From contig CAVTRY010000016.1 in NCBI GenBank assembly GCA_963737265.1, positions 256,001 through 320,000 of the forward strand: 64,000 bases of DNA. Reading direction: 5' to 3'. This document shows, in pieces, positions 1 to 12,525 of the stretch. The notes beneath the pieces were generated by a model, which was not told where the DNA came from, did not search any database, and saw only the letters and a program-made list of their open reading frames with translations. The position numbers and the translations under genes were made by a program. The DNA is from an uncultured delta proteobacterium (lineage in GTDB: Bacteria > Myxococcota_A > Polyangia > Fen-1088). Within the stretch, counting starts at the first letter, position 1; the number at the start of each line of letters is the position of its first letter.

Positions 1-487
1 ATTCCAGCGTTCGAACCCTTTCCCGATGTCGATCTTCGCGAACGTGGCCTACGGCCTGGATGTAAACGGACTCGGCAGAGGGGCCAAGATCAAACAGGTC
101 GTCGAAGAGAGTCTGGTCAAAGCCGCACTGTGGGACGAGGTCAAGGACAAGCTGCACACTTCGGCGTATGGCCTGTCCGGAGGTCAGCAGCAGCGCCTCT
201 GTATCGCCCGCGCCCTTGCCGTGAAGCCCGATGTCTTGCTCATGGACGAGCCCTGTTCGGCCCTCGATCCGATCGCCACCGCCAAGATCGAGGATCTGCT
301 CTACACTTTGCGTGGCGAGTGCACGATCATCATCGTTACCCACAATCTGCAACAGGCGGCGCGCGTCTCCGAGCACACCGCGTTCTTCCTGATGGGACGC
401 CTGGTGGAATTCAGCCCGACGACGGAGATGTTCGAAAATCCACGCATGGAGGAAACCGAGGATTACGTGACCGGGCGATTCGGCTGA
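1..487 (+). CDS. pstB: Phosphate ABC transporter ATP-binding subunit, 5'-partial
   Basis: [44 protein letters not shown] and C-terminal [10 protein letters not shown]; followed by phoU. Confidence 0.95.
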   Translation, partial: FQRSNPFPMSIFANVAYGLDVNGLGRGAKIKQVVEESLVKAALWDEVKDKLHTSAYGLSGGQQQRLCIARALAVKPDVLLMDEPCSALDPIATAKIEDLLYTLRGECTIIIVTHNLQQAARVSEHTAFFLMGRLVEFSPTTEMFENPRMEETEDYVTGRFG

Positions 488-516
488 TTGGCAGCAGAGG
501 GAAGGAAGACGAGAAT

Positions 517-1183
517 ATGACGATACAAATGATCCAACAACTCGATGTGCTGCGCGAGAGGCTGTTGGCCATGGCCGATTTGGTCGAGAAGGCGCTCGAA
601 CGGCAGTGTGAAGATCCTCGCACATCGAGACGAGCTGGAGGCGCGCCGAATACTCGACTACGAGGCCGAGATCAATGCGCTCGAAATGGAAATCGATCAC
701 TTGGCGACGCAGATGCTCGCCTTGACTCAACCGGTTGCCAAGGATCTTCGCTTCATCACCGCGGCCATCAAGATCAACAGCGACCTCGAACGCATGGGCG
801 ACCTAGCGGTCAACATCGCGCGCAGCTCGCTGCGACTGCTCAAGAATCCCACACCGCCGGGGATGACTGAGATCCCCGAGATGGCCAAGCAGGTTCAAGA
901 AATGGTTCGGACTGCGGTCCAAGCCATTGAGCAAGGCGACGACGAACGCGCCAGAGCCGTGTTGCGCTCCGACGATAGCGTCGACGCCCTCAAGAACCGG
1001 ATGTTCGAGCAGATGGTCCATGGCATCGAGAAAGACGCCACCGCCGCTGCGATGAACGTGGATCTGATCTTCATCGCGCATAGCCTCGAACGAATTGCCG
1101 ATCATGCGACCAACATCGCGGAAGACGTGCTTTTCTTCGTGAAGGGCCTGGATGTTCGCCATCGCACCGGCCTCGTCTCCTGA
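517..1183 (+). CDS. phoU: Phosphate signalling protein PhoU, with a 1-bp frameshift near 600-605
   Basis: ATG 517 gives MTIQMIQQLDVLRERLLAMADLVEKALER. Another frame continues SVKILAHRD...QPVAKDLRFI...DLERMGD...LERIADHATNIAE. Confidence 0.9.
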
Positions 1184-1213
1184 GCACTTGATGCGCCGAG
1201 CCGCAGGTCGACA

Positions 1214-1253
1214 TTGACAGGCGTGTCCACGGTGATTATCGTTCTCTTACGAT
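1214..1253 (+). promoter_or_regulatory. Sigma70-type promoter of arsR with overlapping palindromic operator
   Basis: TTGACA 1214-1219, 17-bp spacer, TATCGT 1237-1242; palindrome ATCGT-N6-ACGAT 1238-1253 overlaps the ATG at 1252. Confidence 0.6.
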
Positions 1254-1599
1254 GAAGACATCCAGGAAGACGTCCGAGGCATGTTGCCCGCCCGCGGACG
1301 AAGCGGCGGACATGCGGCCCGTCCAGGGTGACGAGGCGGACAAGGAGATGGCGCTTCTGGCGAAGGCCGTCGGACACCCGGCGCGGGTGAAGATCCTCCG
1401 TCTCTTGGTGCGGGAAAGCAACCGCTTCTGCGGCGATATCGTCGACGAGCTGCCGCTGGCCCAATCCACCGTGTCCCAGCATTTGAAGGTGCTCAAGGAG
1501 GCCGGACTGATTCGAGGAGAGGTTGAGGGCCCGCGCGGACACTACTGTGTTGAGTCTCGAACACTAAGACGCCTCAAGGCCCTCGTGGGAGGACTTTGA
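1252..1599 (+). CDS. arsR: ArsR/SmtB family metalloregulator
   Basis: [43 protein letters not shown]-terminal CC pair; upstream of arsC/acr3. Confidence 0.9.
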   Translation: MKTSRKTSEACCPPADEAADMRPVQGDEADKEMALLAKAVGHPARVKILRLLVRESNRFCGDIVDELPLAQSTVSQHLKVLKEAGLIRGEVEGPRGHYCVESRTLRRLKALVGGL

Positions 1600-1620
1600 T
1601 GTCGTTTCGCTCACGCTGCA

Positions 1621-1638
1621 TATCGTTTTTGACCGATA
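1621..1638. promoter_or_regulatory. Second putative ArsR operator upstream of arsC
   Basis: TATCG-N8-CGATA palindrome sharing the TATCGTT half-site with the arsR operator. Confidence 0.45.
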
Positions 1639-1642
1639 GGAG

Positions 1643-2108
1643 ATGGCTATGACTGACACCATCAAGGTCTTGTTCATTTGTGTCCACAATGCGGCGCGCA
1701 GCCGTATGGCGGAAGCGCTGCTGCGAAACCTGGGAGGTCCTCGGTTCGAGGTCACAAGCGCCGGCTACGAGCCCCGCGAGGTCAACCCTATCGTCGTCGA
1801 GGCCCTGCAGGCCGTCGGGCTTTCCGTCGCTCACCCTGGACCACAACCTACGGTCTTCGACTGGTTCAAGACGGGCAAGATCTTTCACTACGTCATCACG
1901 GTTTGTGACGAAGAGCACGACACAATGTGTCCGATCTTCGCGGGAGTCACGCAGCGGCTCTCGTGGAGCTTTCCAGATCCCAGCACGTTCACGGGCAGCC
2001 ATCCCGAACGACTCGCGCGCGTGGTCGAAGTTCGGGATGCCATTCGAAAAGAGCATCGAGGCATGGCTAGGAACTCTCGACATCACCCCGAGTCCAATCC
2101 CCCAATAG
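1643..2108 (+). CDS. arsC: Arsenate reductase ArsC (LMW-PTP fold), probable extra A near 2047-2050
   Basis: [18 protein letters not shown]-loop, ITVCD, CPIF, WSFPDP, VRDAI; the natural C-terminus SIEAWLGTL...* lies in the next frame, ending at 2108. Confidence 0.85.
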
Positions 2109-2131
2109 GGGCAGGTAGGCAGGCCATTGAC

Positions 2132-3253
2132 ATGCAGACTTCCAAGACCAGTGTCGCCGGCAAGCTCTCCTTCCTCGACCGATATCTGACTCTTTGGATC
2201 TTCCTCGCCATGGGGCTCGGGATTTCACTGGGGTTCATGGCACCAGGGTTTACGACTGCTCTCAACCGCATGAGCGTCGGCACCACATCGATCCCGATTG
2301 CCTTCGGCCTTATCCTCATGATGTTTCCGCCGCTCGCAAAGGTGCGCTACGAAGAGATCGGCAAGGTCTTCCGCAACAAGCGCGTGCTTCTTCTGTCCCT
2401 TGTGCAAAACTGGATCATCGGCCCGATCTTGATGTTCGGGCTCGCGGTCATCTTTCTGCACGACAAACCCGAGTACATGCTCGGGCTCATTCTCATCGGC
2501 CTCGCACGTTGCATCGCCATGGTGATCGTGTGGAACGACCTCGCAAAGGGCGACACCGAATACTGCGCGGGCTTGGTCGCGCTCAACTCGGTTTTCCAGG
2601 TGCTGTTCTTTTCGGTCTACGCATATTTTTTCGCCACACTCCTGCCGCGATGGCTGGGAATTCAGAGCGCCGTGGTCAACATCACCATCGGTGAGATCGC
2701 GAAGAGCGTCGCTATCTACCTGGGCGTGCCGTTTGCCGCCGGCTTCTTCACACGTCGGGTGCTTGTGAGGGCGAAAGGGCGGGACTGGTACGAGAATAAC
2801 TTCGTACCGCGCATCGGGCCGATCACGCTGGTGTCGCTGCTCTTCACCATCATCGTGATGTTTTCCCTCAAGGGCGAGACCATCGTGCAACTCCCGCTCG
2901 ATGTCCTCCGCATCGCGGTTCCGCTCCTCATCTACTTCGTGCTGATGTTCGCGGTGTCGTTCTTCATGAGCAAGCGGGTGGGCGCGAACTACAAGCAGTC
3001 CGCCACGCTCTCCTTCACGGCGGCGTCCAACAACTTCGAGCTGGCCATCGCGGTCGCCATCGCCAGCTTCGGCATTCACAGCGGGGCAGCCTTTGCCGCC
3101 GTCATCGGCCCATTGGTCGAGGTTCCCGCACTCATCGGACTCGTAAACGTCGCCCTCTGGGCGCAGAAACGCTACTTCCCGAACACGCCGCTTGAGGTCG
3201 CGCCGCCCGCGTGCGCTACCGAAGGAGCCTCAATCTCTCCATCGAAAGCCTGA
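2132..3253 (+). CDS. acr3: Acr3 family arsenite efflux transporter
   Basis: [53 protein letters not shown]; own ATG at 2132. Confidence 0.93.
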   Translation: MQTSKTSVAGKLSFLDRYLTLWIFLAMGLGISLGFMAPGFTTALNRMSVGTTSIPIAFGLILMMFPPLAKVRYEEIGKVFRNKRVLLLSLVQNWIIGPILMFGLAVIFLHDKPEYMLGLILIGLARCIAMVIVWNDLAKGDTEYCAGLVALNSVFQVLFFSVYAYFFATLLPRWLGIQSAVVNITIGEIAKSVAIYLGVPFAAGFFTRRVLVRAKGRDWYENNFVPRIGPITLVSLLFTIIVMFSLKGETIVQLPLDVLRIAVPLLIYFVLMFAVSFFMSKRVGANYKQSATLSFTAASNNFELAIAVAIASFGIHSGAAFAAVIGPLVEVPALIGLVNVALWAQKRYFPNTPLEVAPPACATEGASISPSKA

Positions 3254-3357
3254 ATCCATGCACCGTGGTCAGTGCTCGCGCGACAAAAAGCCGCACGCCC
3301 TCGTCGAAGCCACGCGTCTTCTCAGCGCTGACTTGGCGTCCTCGGCGGTCGACAAGC

Positions 3358-3651
3358 CTAGGCGATTGCCTGGCCCACCAAATCCGGCACTGGCACTTCG
3401 TCGCCGGCGGCATTCTTGTAGGTCGGCGGCCTACGCGGCTCGCCTCGCTTGGGCAGAGGCATGGCATCGATGGCGCTGCCGTCCTCGATGATCCTGCCGG
3501 CGTGGGCCGCGCGTTCGGCCAGCACCCGTCGCAGGGCGAGAAAATCGTTTTGCAGCAGCGGACGCGCCATGGCCTCGAGCGTTCCGCGCGTGAGATCGGC
3601 CTGGGCGAAGACGGCATTCTTCTGCTGAAAACCCAGGGCAGAGGCGCGCAT
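3358..3651 (-). CDS. Hypothetical protein (97 aa)
   Basis: Plausible composition, fills the gap between acr3 and the divergent next gene; no motif recognised. Confidence 0.45.
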   Translation of the reverse strand: MRASALGFQQKNAVFAQADLTRGTLEAMARPLLQNDFLALRRVLAERAAHAGRIIEDGSAIDAMPLPKRGEPRRPPTYKNAAGDEVPVPDLVGQAIA

Positions 3652-3768
3652 GGGACCATCGTAGGCGCCGGCCTTCGCGATGTGGCGCCCGTGGATCTAC
3701 TGCGGTCGCGACCTCATGGCGAGATTTGTCTGGACCGCGGAGCACAAAGACGTAATACGATTGTCCCC

Positions 3769-4308
3769 ATGAAACGCGTCTTTCTCCTGTCGGCATTTCT
3801 CGTCGGTACCATCGCAACAATGTCCGGAACGGCTCGGGCGACCGAAGTGGGAACTTCACGCATGTTTGGCCTCGGCGTTCAACTTTTCGAACCCACGGCG
3901 ATCGTCGGCAAGCTCTTCCTCGACCGGAACGACGCGCTCGACTTCGGCATTGGCGTCTACGGCTGGGGCTACGGAACCTGCTACGACAGCAACGGGAGCT
4001 ACTACTGCAACGGCAATCCAGGACACAACGTAAGCCTTCACTTCGACTATCTCTACGAGGAGCCCATCGTAAATTCCACGGTCAGGCTCGATTGGCACGC
4101 GGGCGCTGGCGGGCGCCTGATTTTCGGGGACTACGACAACTACAATCACCACGTAGCCCTGCTGGCCCGCGTGCCGCTCGGGCTGGACTTGACCTTTCGT
4201 CGTCCCCAATGGCTGGAGGTCTACCTCGAAGTCGCGCCGGCTCTCGTGATCGTGCCGCCGCTTTACTTCGACATCGACGTCGGGCTGGGCGTCCGAGCCT
4301 ATTTTTAG
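3769..4308 (+). CDS. Small outer-membrane beta-barrel protein
   Basis: Signal peptide MKRVFLLSAFLVG...ARA, alternating aromatic strands, C-terminal GLGVRAYF. Confidence 0.75.
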   Translation: MKRVFLLSAFLVGTIATMSGTARATEVGTSRMFGLGVQLFEPTAIVGKLFLDRNDALDFGIGVYGWGYGTCYDSNGSYYCNGNPGHNVSLHFDYLYEEPIVNSTVRLDWHAGAGGRLIFGDYDNYNHHVALLARVPLGLDLTFRRPQWLEVYLEVAPALVIVPPLYFDIDVGLGVRAYF

Positions 4309-4310
4309 AG

Positions 4311-4568
4311 CTATTTCGTGTCCGACGGTGGGGTCTCGTAAAGCGAGTCACTCACGATGATCGATCCAGAAGCGGGGTTCCGTGTCTCGCTGGAGACGAA
4401 GTCAGACTCCTGCTCGACGACGTAGCCCGACTCTCCGCCGGGATCGGTCGCGTTCGGAATCTCGGACGCCACCGCGCCCGACGCCACCGGCTCCGCGAGC
4501 ATCGGCACGCCAGACGCGCGGGCCTTCCATCGTGCGATAGCGAGCTCGAAATCAGCGTAGGAAATCAT
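4311..4568 (-). CDS. Small acidic hypothetical protein
   Basis: MISYADFELAIARWKAR followed by a low-complexity acidic tail. Confidence 0.55.
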   Translation of the reverse strand: MISYADFELAIARWKARASGVPMLAEPVASGAVASEIPNATDPGGESGYVVEQESDFVSSETRNPASGSIIVSDSLYETPPSDTK

Positions 4569-4631
4569 CGACTGTAGCGTACCGGGTTCTCCGTCACGCC
4601 GCAATCGCTTCCGCAACGTCTGATTTCGCAG

Positions 4632-4783
4632 CTTCGCCTCAAGACGTGTCCGCGAAGTAAATTCGCGGACTTCACCCCTCAAGACGTGTCCATAAATGGA
4701 CCCGTCTTGAAGATTTTTGAAGGGAGGGCCGCTGCCCTCCCCTCGTCCGCGAAGTAAATTCGCGGACTTCACCCCACCTGCGG
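4632..4783. repeat. Three-hairpin dispersed element, copy 1 (internally deleted copy plus full copy)
   Basis: Reverse complement of the 26805-26907 and 31765-31872 copies. Confidence 0.9.
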
Positions 4784-4834
4784 TCGAGCCCTTGGCTCGG
4801 CTGCTGAAGAACTGTCCAATTTTTGGACAGTTCT

Positions 4835-6511
<1,677 letters not shown>

Positions 6512-6616
6512 GGGCCGCGCAGTTTACCCGATGATCTTCCTTCGTCACGTCCTGTGAAACGGTTGGCGCGCAAATCGACCCCAGTCGGCGCTTGACGGCG
6601 ACCTGCGCGTGCTATT

Positions 6617-7543
6617 TTGCGTGCCTTGGACAAGCCGGTCGTCATCGTCAATCCGCGCTCGGGCGGCGGGCTCAGCGAAAAACGCTGGGCCAGCGTGATT
6701 GGTCCGCTCAGCGATGGGCTGGGCGCCTTCGACACGCGCTTCACCGAATCCCAAGGTCACGCGCGCACGATTGCGCACGAGGAGGCCAAGGCCGGACGCA
6801 AGCTGGTAGTGGCCCTGGGCGGCGATGGCACGATTTCCGAAGTGGCCGATGGCCTGGTGGCCGCGGGCGGCGACGCCGAAATGGGCATCATCCCGCGCGG
6901 CACGGGTGGCGATTTTCGCCGTACCCTGGGCATAGAGAACCATCTCTTCGCCGCGGCCGAGCATGTGCGCAAGAGCCGCGCGCGCAAGATAGACGTGGGT
7001 CGGATTTCGTTCGTCACCCACGACGGTGCGGATGCCAGTCGCTGCTTCGTCAACATCGCGTCCTTCGGCTTCTCCAGCGTGGTCGCCCAGCGCGCCAACA
7101 GCGGGTCGAAGCGCCTCGGCGGCCGGATTTCGTTCTTTTCCGCGGTGGTCTGCTCGCTTGCGACCTACGACAACGCCGAGGTCATGGTCTCGGTCGACAA
7201 TGGAGAGGCGCGGCGCATGACTTTGTTGCTTGCGGCCGTGGGCAACGGCCGATTCTTCGGCGGCGGCATGAAAGTGTGCCCCGAGGCCATCCTGGACGAC
7301 GGCCAATTCGATCTGGTGACGGTGGGCGACCTTGGCCGGCTGGAGCTGCTGGCCAAGATCCACCGCATCTATTCCGGCAACCACCTTTCTATGAAGGAAG
7401 TGCAATCCGCGCGCTGCCGCCGTCTGAGCGCAAGTCCGGCCGACCCAGCCAAAGAGATCCTCTTGGATATCGACGGCGAAACCCCGGGACGGCTGCCCGC
7501 CAGGGTGGAAATTCTCGAAGGAGCATTGCGCCTCCGAGGTTAG
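6617..7543 (+). CDS. Diacylglycerol kinase family lipid kinase (YegS/DgkB-like)
   Basis: IVNPRSGG, GGDGTISEV, IPRGTGGDF, NGRFFGGG, DIDGE. Confidence 0.9.
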   Translation: MRALDKPVVIVNPRSGGGLSEKRWASVIGPLSDGLGAFDTRFTESQGHARTIAHEEAKAGRKLVVALGGDGTISEVADGLVAAGGDAEMGIIPRGTGGDFRRTLGIENHLFAAAEHVRKSRARKIDVGRISFVTHDGADASRCFVNIASFGFSSVVAQRANSGSKRLGGRISFFSAVVCSLATYDNAEVMVSVDNGEARRMTLLLAAVGNGRFFGGGMKVCPEAILDDGQFDLVTVGDLGRLELLAKIHRIYSGNHLSMKEVQSARCRRLSASPADPAKEILLDIDGETPGRLPARVEILEGALRLRG

Positions 7544-7625
7544 ACGCGCTGCGATCATCCCGAGATCGCGCGCAGGCCCTTGAAGGTCACGCAAGCTTGA
7601 TGCTACGGTGGCCCCGCCCCGCTTA

Positions 7626-8129
7626 ATGCAAATCCACCTGGCGAAGTCCGACATCACCGAGATGGCAGTCGATGCCATCGTAAGCCCCGCAAATTCGCTG
7701 GGCATCATGGGCGGAGGTGTAGCCGCGGCGCTGTCCCGCAAGGGTGGACCCCTGATTCAGCGCGAGGCGATGACGCTGGCGCCGATTGCCGTGGGAGCCG
7801 CCGTGGTCACCAACGCCGGCCGCCTCCGGGCGAAGAACATCATTCACGCCCCGACCATGGAAGAACCGGGCCTCAAGGTCTCGGTTGAAAGCGTCCGCCG
7901 TGCCACGCGCGCGGCGCTCCTCGCCGCGAGCCAGCGCGCCTTTCCAGTTATCGCCATCCCGGGCCTAGGTACGGGTCTTGGCGGCGCCAATCCGGCCGAT
8001 GCCGCGCGCGCCATGGTCAACGAGCTACGCTCGCACAAGCAGCCCAACCCCGCCACGGTGTGGCTGGTGGATCTCAACGACGAAGTCCTCGCCAATCTGG
8101 AAGAGGCGCTGCGGACGACGACGCCCTGA
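7626..8129 (+). CDS. Macro domain (ADP-ribose binding) protein
   Basis: DITEMAVDAIVSPANS..MGGGVA, AIPGLGTGLGG. Confidence 0.88.
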   Translation: MQIHLAKSDITEMAVDAIVSPANSLGIMGGGVAAALSRKGGPLIQREAMTLAPIAVGAAVVTNAGRLRAKNIIHAPTMEEPGLKVSVESVRRATRAALLAASQRAFPVIAIPGLGTGLGGANPADAARAMVNELRSHKQPNPATVWLVDLNDEVLANLEEALRTTTP

Positions 8130-8169
8130 TTTCGATTTCGACAGAGAATCAACCCCGAAGGAGGTTTGC

Positions 8170-8991
8170 GTGAAGATCCTTGTACCCGTGAAGCGAGTTC
8201 CCAACCCCGAGCTGAAGCTCAAGATCGCCGGTGGCGCGGTCGATTTGGCCGGCACCACTTGGCAAGTCAACCCGTTCGACGAATACGCGGTCGAGACCGC
8301 GCTGCGCTTGACGGAGAAGAGCAAGGGCGGCGAGCGCTCGGGCGAAGTGGTGGTGGTGAGCATCGGCCCCAAGGAAACAACCACCCAACTTCGACAACTG
8401 CTGGCCATGGGCGCGGATCGCGGCATTCTCGTCGCCGGCGACGACGGCGCGCTGGATGCGGATCTGGTGGCGCGGACGCTGAAGGCCGTGGTTGAAACGG
8501 AAAAACCGGACCTCGTGGTCATGGGCAAGCAGGCCGTCGACGGCGACGACAATCAAGTCGGACAGCTTCTGGCCGGCTATCTCGGTTGGCCCCAGGCTAC
8601 CTTCCTTTCGACGCTCACCCTGGCCGCCGACGGCAAGTCCGCCACCGTCCTGCGCGAAGTGGACACCGGCGTGGAAGAGCGGCGGGTTCGCCTGCCGGCC
8701 ATCGCCACCGTCGACCTGCGCATCATCGCCAAGAAGGCCGTGCGCAACGAGGCCCTGTCGGGTCCAGAAGCCGAATGGGAAGACACGCAGCGCCTGGCCT
8801 CGCTAAAGGGCATCATGGCGGCAAAGAAGAAGGAGCTGAAAGAGATCGCCGCCGAATCGCTCGGCGGCGGCGGCGGCATCCTGGTCAAGACCCTGCGCCA
8901 CGAAAATCCACCGTCGCGCAAGGCCGGCGTAAAGGTGGCCTCGGTTGAAGAGTTGGTTTCCAAGCTGCACACGGAAGCAAAGGTGATTTGA
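8170..8991 (+). CDS. etfB: Electron transfer flavoprotein beta subunit
   Basis: GTG start [33 protein letters not shown]. Confidence 0.93.
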   Translation: MKILVPVKRVPNPELKLKIAGGAVDLAGTTWQVNPFDEYAVETALRLTEKSKGGERSGEVVVVSIGPKETTTQLRQLLAMGADRGILVAGDDGALDADLVARTLKAVVETEKPDLVVMGKQAVDGDDNQVGQLLAGYLGWPQATFLSTLTLAADGKSATVLREVDTGVEERRVRLPAIATVDLRIIAKKAVRNEALSGPEAEWEDTQRLASLKGIMAAKKKELKEIAAESLGGGGGILVKTLRHENPPSRKAGVKVASVEELVSKLHTEAKVI

Positions 8992-9956
8992 TGTCCGCGA
9001 CTGTCGTTTTTCTCGAAACCTCTTCCACCAACCTGCGTTCGGCGTCGCTGCCCGCGCTGACCGCGGCGCGCGCCCTGGCCAAGCACCACGGCGGCCCAGT
9101 CGTCGGTGTCGTCATCGGCGCTGGCGTCGGCGCCGCGGCTGTCGACGCCGCCCGCTACGTCGACAAGGTGCTGTGCTTCGACAACCCGGCGCTGGCCGCC
9201 GCCCTGGCCGAAACCTGGGCGCCCCTGCTCGCGGGCGCGGTCAAGGGCTCCGGTGCCACCGCGCTCGTCGCCTCGGCGACCTCCACCGGCAAGGACATTC
9301 TGCCCCGCGCCGCCGCCCTACTTGGCGCAGGCATGGCAAGCGACGTGGTGGCGGTACTCGGCGCCAAGTCGTTCCGCCGGCCGACCTATGCCGGCAACGC
9401 GCAGACCGAGGTCGAAGTCACGACGGCCACGGTGGTCTGCACCGCACGCCAGACCGAATTCGCTCCCGCGGCGCCTGCCGCCAGCCCCGGCACGGTCGAA
9501 AGCAAAGATCCCGGCGCCATCGACGCCCTAGGTTCCGAATTCGTGGCCCTGCACGCCACCACCAGCGCACGCCCGGATCTCGCCGAGGCCAAGGTGGTCG
9601 TGTCCGGCGGTCGCGGCATGAAAGAGGCGGCGAACTTCAAGGTGCTGGAAGAGCTGACCGATGCTCTCGGTGGTGCGCTCGGCGCCAGCCGTGCCGCCTG
9701 TGACGCCGGCATGGTGCCCAACGACCTGCAAGTCGGACAGACCGGCAAGGTGGTAGCGCCCGAGCTCTACTTCGCCGTCGCCCTTTCCGGCGCCATCCAG
9801 CACTTGGCCGGCATGAAAAGCTCCAAGGTCATCGTGGCCATCAACAAGGATCCCGAAGCGCCCATCTTCCAGGTCGCCGACTACGGCCTGGTTGCCACCT
9901 GGGAATCGACGCTGCCCCAGCTCATCGCCGAGATCAAGAAGGTGAAGGCGGCGTAA
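8991..9956 (+). CDS. etfA: Electron transfer flavoprotein alpha subunit
   Basis: [42 protein letters not shown]; TGATG overlap with etfB. Confidence 0.95.
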   Translation: MSATVVFLETSSTNLRSASLPALTAARALAKHHGGPVVGVVIGAGVGAAAVDAARYVDKVLCFDNPALAAALAETWAPLLAGAVKGSGATALVASATSTGKDILPRAAALLGAGMASDVVAVLGAKSFRRPTYAGNAQTEVEVTTATVVCTARQTEFAPAAPAASPGTVESKDPGAIDALGSEFVALHATTSARPDLAEAKVVVSGGRGMKEAANFKVLEELTDALGGALGASRAACDAGMVPNDLQVGQTGKVVAPELYFAVALSGAIQHLAGMKSSKVIVAINKDPEAPIFQVADYGLVATWESTLPQLIAEIKKVKAA

Positions 9957-10132
9957 CAACGGCGGACGACACATTCATGGAAGCGGGACGGACAGCTGCT
10001 TCATCCAGGCGAGGTTCGGGCACGCGAGCCTGGGGACGACGAGCATCTACACTTTTGTGTCGATCAAGAGCGGGTTGGATGCGGGGAGGTGCAGGAGGTA
10101 TATTGGACAGCGGAATCATTCGAGGGATCGTC

Positions 10133-10342
10133 ATGGCCGAACCAGCCCATCAGCGTCAGCAGCTCTTCGAGAAGATTGCTCGCCTATCTCCTGACCGTGT
10201 GGCGGAGGTCGAGGACTTTGTGGATTTCCTCGCCCCGCGGACTACCGATCGCGAGCTCGCCCATGCATCCGTGGCGGCTTCCGTGCCGGCCTTTGCGAAA
10301 GTCTGGGACAATCCCGAGGATGACGTCTACGACCAGCCGTAG
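10133..10342 (+). CDS. DUF2281-like putative antitoxin
   Basis: LSPDRVAEVEDFVDFL...AKVWDNPEDDVYD; directly upstream of a PemK-type gene. Confidence 0.7.
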   Translation: MAEPAHQRQQLFEKIARLSPDRVAEVEDFVDFLAPRTTDRELAHASVAASVPAFAKVWDNPEDDVYDQP

Positions 10343-10351
10343 CGGTCCAGC

Positions 10352-10557
10352 ATGCCCTACCACTTCGGCGACGTCATCTTTGTCCCGTTTCCATTCACCG
10401 ACCAATCGACTACGAAAAGGCGTCCGGCGGTTGTCGTCAGCTCGGATGCCTATCACCGCGACCGGCCGGACATCATCCTGATGGCCGTCACCAGTCAAAT
10501 GCGCCCCGCGCCCACGCCGGCTTGCTCAAGCCTTCGGTCATCAAGCCCTTACTCACA
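10352..10557 (+). pseudogene. PemK/MazF family toxin, internally deleted and truncated by the repeat array
   Basis: GDVIFVPFPFTDQSTTKRRPAVVVS...MAVTSQ; GLLKPSVIKPLLT resumes out of frame, then the sequence runs into CAGATCCC repeats. Confidence 0.8.
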
Positions 10558-11329
10558 CAGATCCCTGACCGACCACAGATCCCTGACCCACAGATCCCTG
10601 ACCGACGGTAGTTGAAACCATCGCAGATCCCCGCGACCGACGGTAGTTGCCAGATCCCTGACCGACGGTAGTTGATCCTCAGATCCCTGACCGACGGTCA
10701 CGCAGATCCCCCCCCAGATCCCCCCAGATCCCCAGATCCCCGACCGACGGTAGTTGCGGCGGATCCCTGCCCCCAGATCCCCCAGATCCCCGACCGACGG
10801 TAGTTGCGGCGGATCCCTGCCCCCAGATCCCCGACCGACGGTAGTTGCACAGATCCCCGACCGACGGTTGTCCAGATCCCCGACCGACGGCAGATCCCCG
10901 ACCGACGGTCAGATCCCCGACCGACGGTATCGCAGATCCCCGACCGACGGTAGTTGCGGCAGATCCCCAGATCCCCGACCGACGGTAGTTGCGGCAGATC
11001 CCCAGATCCCCGACCGACGGTAGTTCCCACAGATCCCCGACCGACGGTCAGATCCCACAGATCCCCGACCGACGGTCAGATCCCACAGATCCCCGACCGA
11101 CGGTCAGATCCCCGACCGACGGTAGTTGCCCAGATCCCCGACCGATGGTGCAGAGACCCCCGACCGACGGTCCAGAGACCCCCGACCGACGGTAGTTCAG
11201 ATCCCCGACCGGGGAGATCCCGGGGAGATCCCCGACCGACGGTAGTTGCCCAGATCCCCGACCGACGGTAGTTGCCCAGATCCCCAGATCCCCGACCGAC
11301 GGTCCCAGATCCCCGACCGACGGTAGTTG
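10558..11329 (+). repeat. Irregular tandem array of CAGATCCCCGACCGACGG(TAGTTG), about 25 core copies by eye
   Basis: Seen directly; units nearly always start CAGATCCC and are truncated at variable 3' positions. Confidence 0.92.
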
Positions 11330-12525
11330 AAGATGGACGTGCTGCAATTCCAGAGCTCCAGTTTGAAGTCGACCCAATAGGTCCTATGGCAGGTGCACTG
11401 GACACTCCAGCAGGCCGCGGATTGGCCATTCCGGTGTGGGAACGAAGGTGCGCAACGGCGGCGAACGCCTGGCGAGATGCCTTCGAGACAGAAAGCTGCC
11501 TTTATGAGGCAGAAGTGCCTTTCTCATCGAGGCTCGGTGGCCCTGCCTCACGGCGACGCTGGGGCTCCGCCGGGCGAAGCATGGGCATCCTGCACGCCAT
11601 CCGTTCCCTCGCTCAGCACGCGTGCGAACCTGCGCATCCAGTAGGTCCCGAACGGGAACACGACATCGGCGACGCCAGCGGTCCATGCCCTGATGGCCAA
11701 GCGGTACCGCTCGAGAAACGCCTTGCTGCGGCCGATCGCCTCGATCCTTGGCCACTTGCTTCTGGCGGCGACGCGCGGGCTGATAGCGAAGTGCGGCTCG
11801 GCGCTTTTCGGGCAGTCAAAAGGGTTTTGGGCGAGAATGGCCTCGCGACCGAGGACAGTCTTGCCAGTCGCGCGGCGGCGTTCGCGGTGTTCGGTTTCGG
11901 CGGTGCGGACGCGGTCGGCCACGAGAGCGTTCCATTCGTCCTGAGTCTGACAGCAGAAGCCGCTGGGCCTGCGTAGAGGCAGAATGGCGACCGCGGGCTA
12001 CTGTCCTTCGGAGCGAAAGAAATACTTCGGTCTGGTGGCGATGAGTCGTTGTGTGGTCAGCGCGGCCTGGAAGCTACTGACGCCGGGCCATTCCTCGATG
12101 GTGTCAACCAAGTCGGCGGCGGACGGGTTGGCGTAGGCGTAGACCATCTTGTCGAGAACGTCGTTGGGTTCGACGAGGCGGACGACGGAGGTTGGGTCGG
12201 ACGACCAGAAGGCCTCGAAGCGACCGAGATGGGTGTTCTGGCAGCGGGCAAGGAGGGCGTGAAAGTGTTCGGCAAAGATGGGGAAGTTGCCCTCGGCGTC
12301 GTGCAGCCCAGCGTGGTAGTGGTTGGACATGGCCACAACGAAGAAGATTTCGACCTTGGCTCTCTGCGCGGCGAGGGCGAGGCAATAGACAAAGGCGTTG
12401 TTGGTGTCCTCGTTGCTGAGCGACAATTACATCTCCCCAAAGACGACAGCTACGTCGCCCCGCTTTGAGGCGCGACGGTGACCGTGAGGTAGACCTCCAA
12501 GCCCGCAAGCGGGCAGGAGGCACCT

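Noticed and set aside
1643-3253. 536-aa ArsC-Acr3 fusion in the ORF track
   Set aside because: The natural ArsC tail is in the next frame after an A-run and acr3 has its own ATG at 2132; more likely a 1-bp insertion
10558-11329. Possible CRISPR array
   Set aside because: No unique spacers of constant length, units are truncated copies of each other, and no cas genes are present
10698-11429. ORFs with DPRPTV / RSPTDG peptide repeats
   Set aside because: By-products of the DNA array; unit lengths are not multiples of three and frames shift repeatedly
11998-12000. Amber read-through (pyrrolysine or recoding) in the Y1 transposase
   Set aside because: TAG is used as a normal stop elsewhere in the window and the gene is already IS-disrupted; a nonsense mutation is simpler
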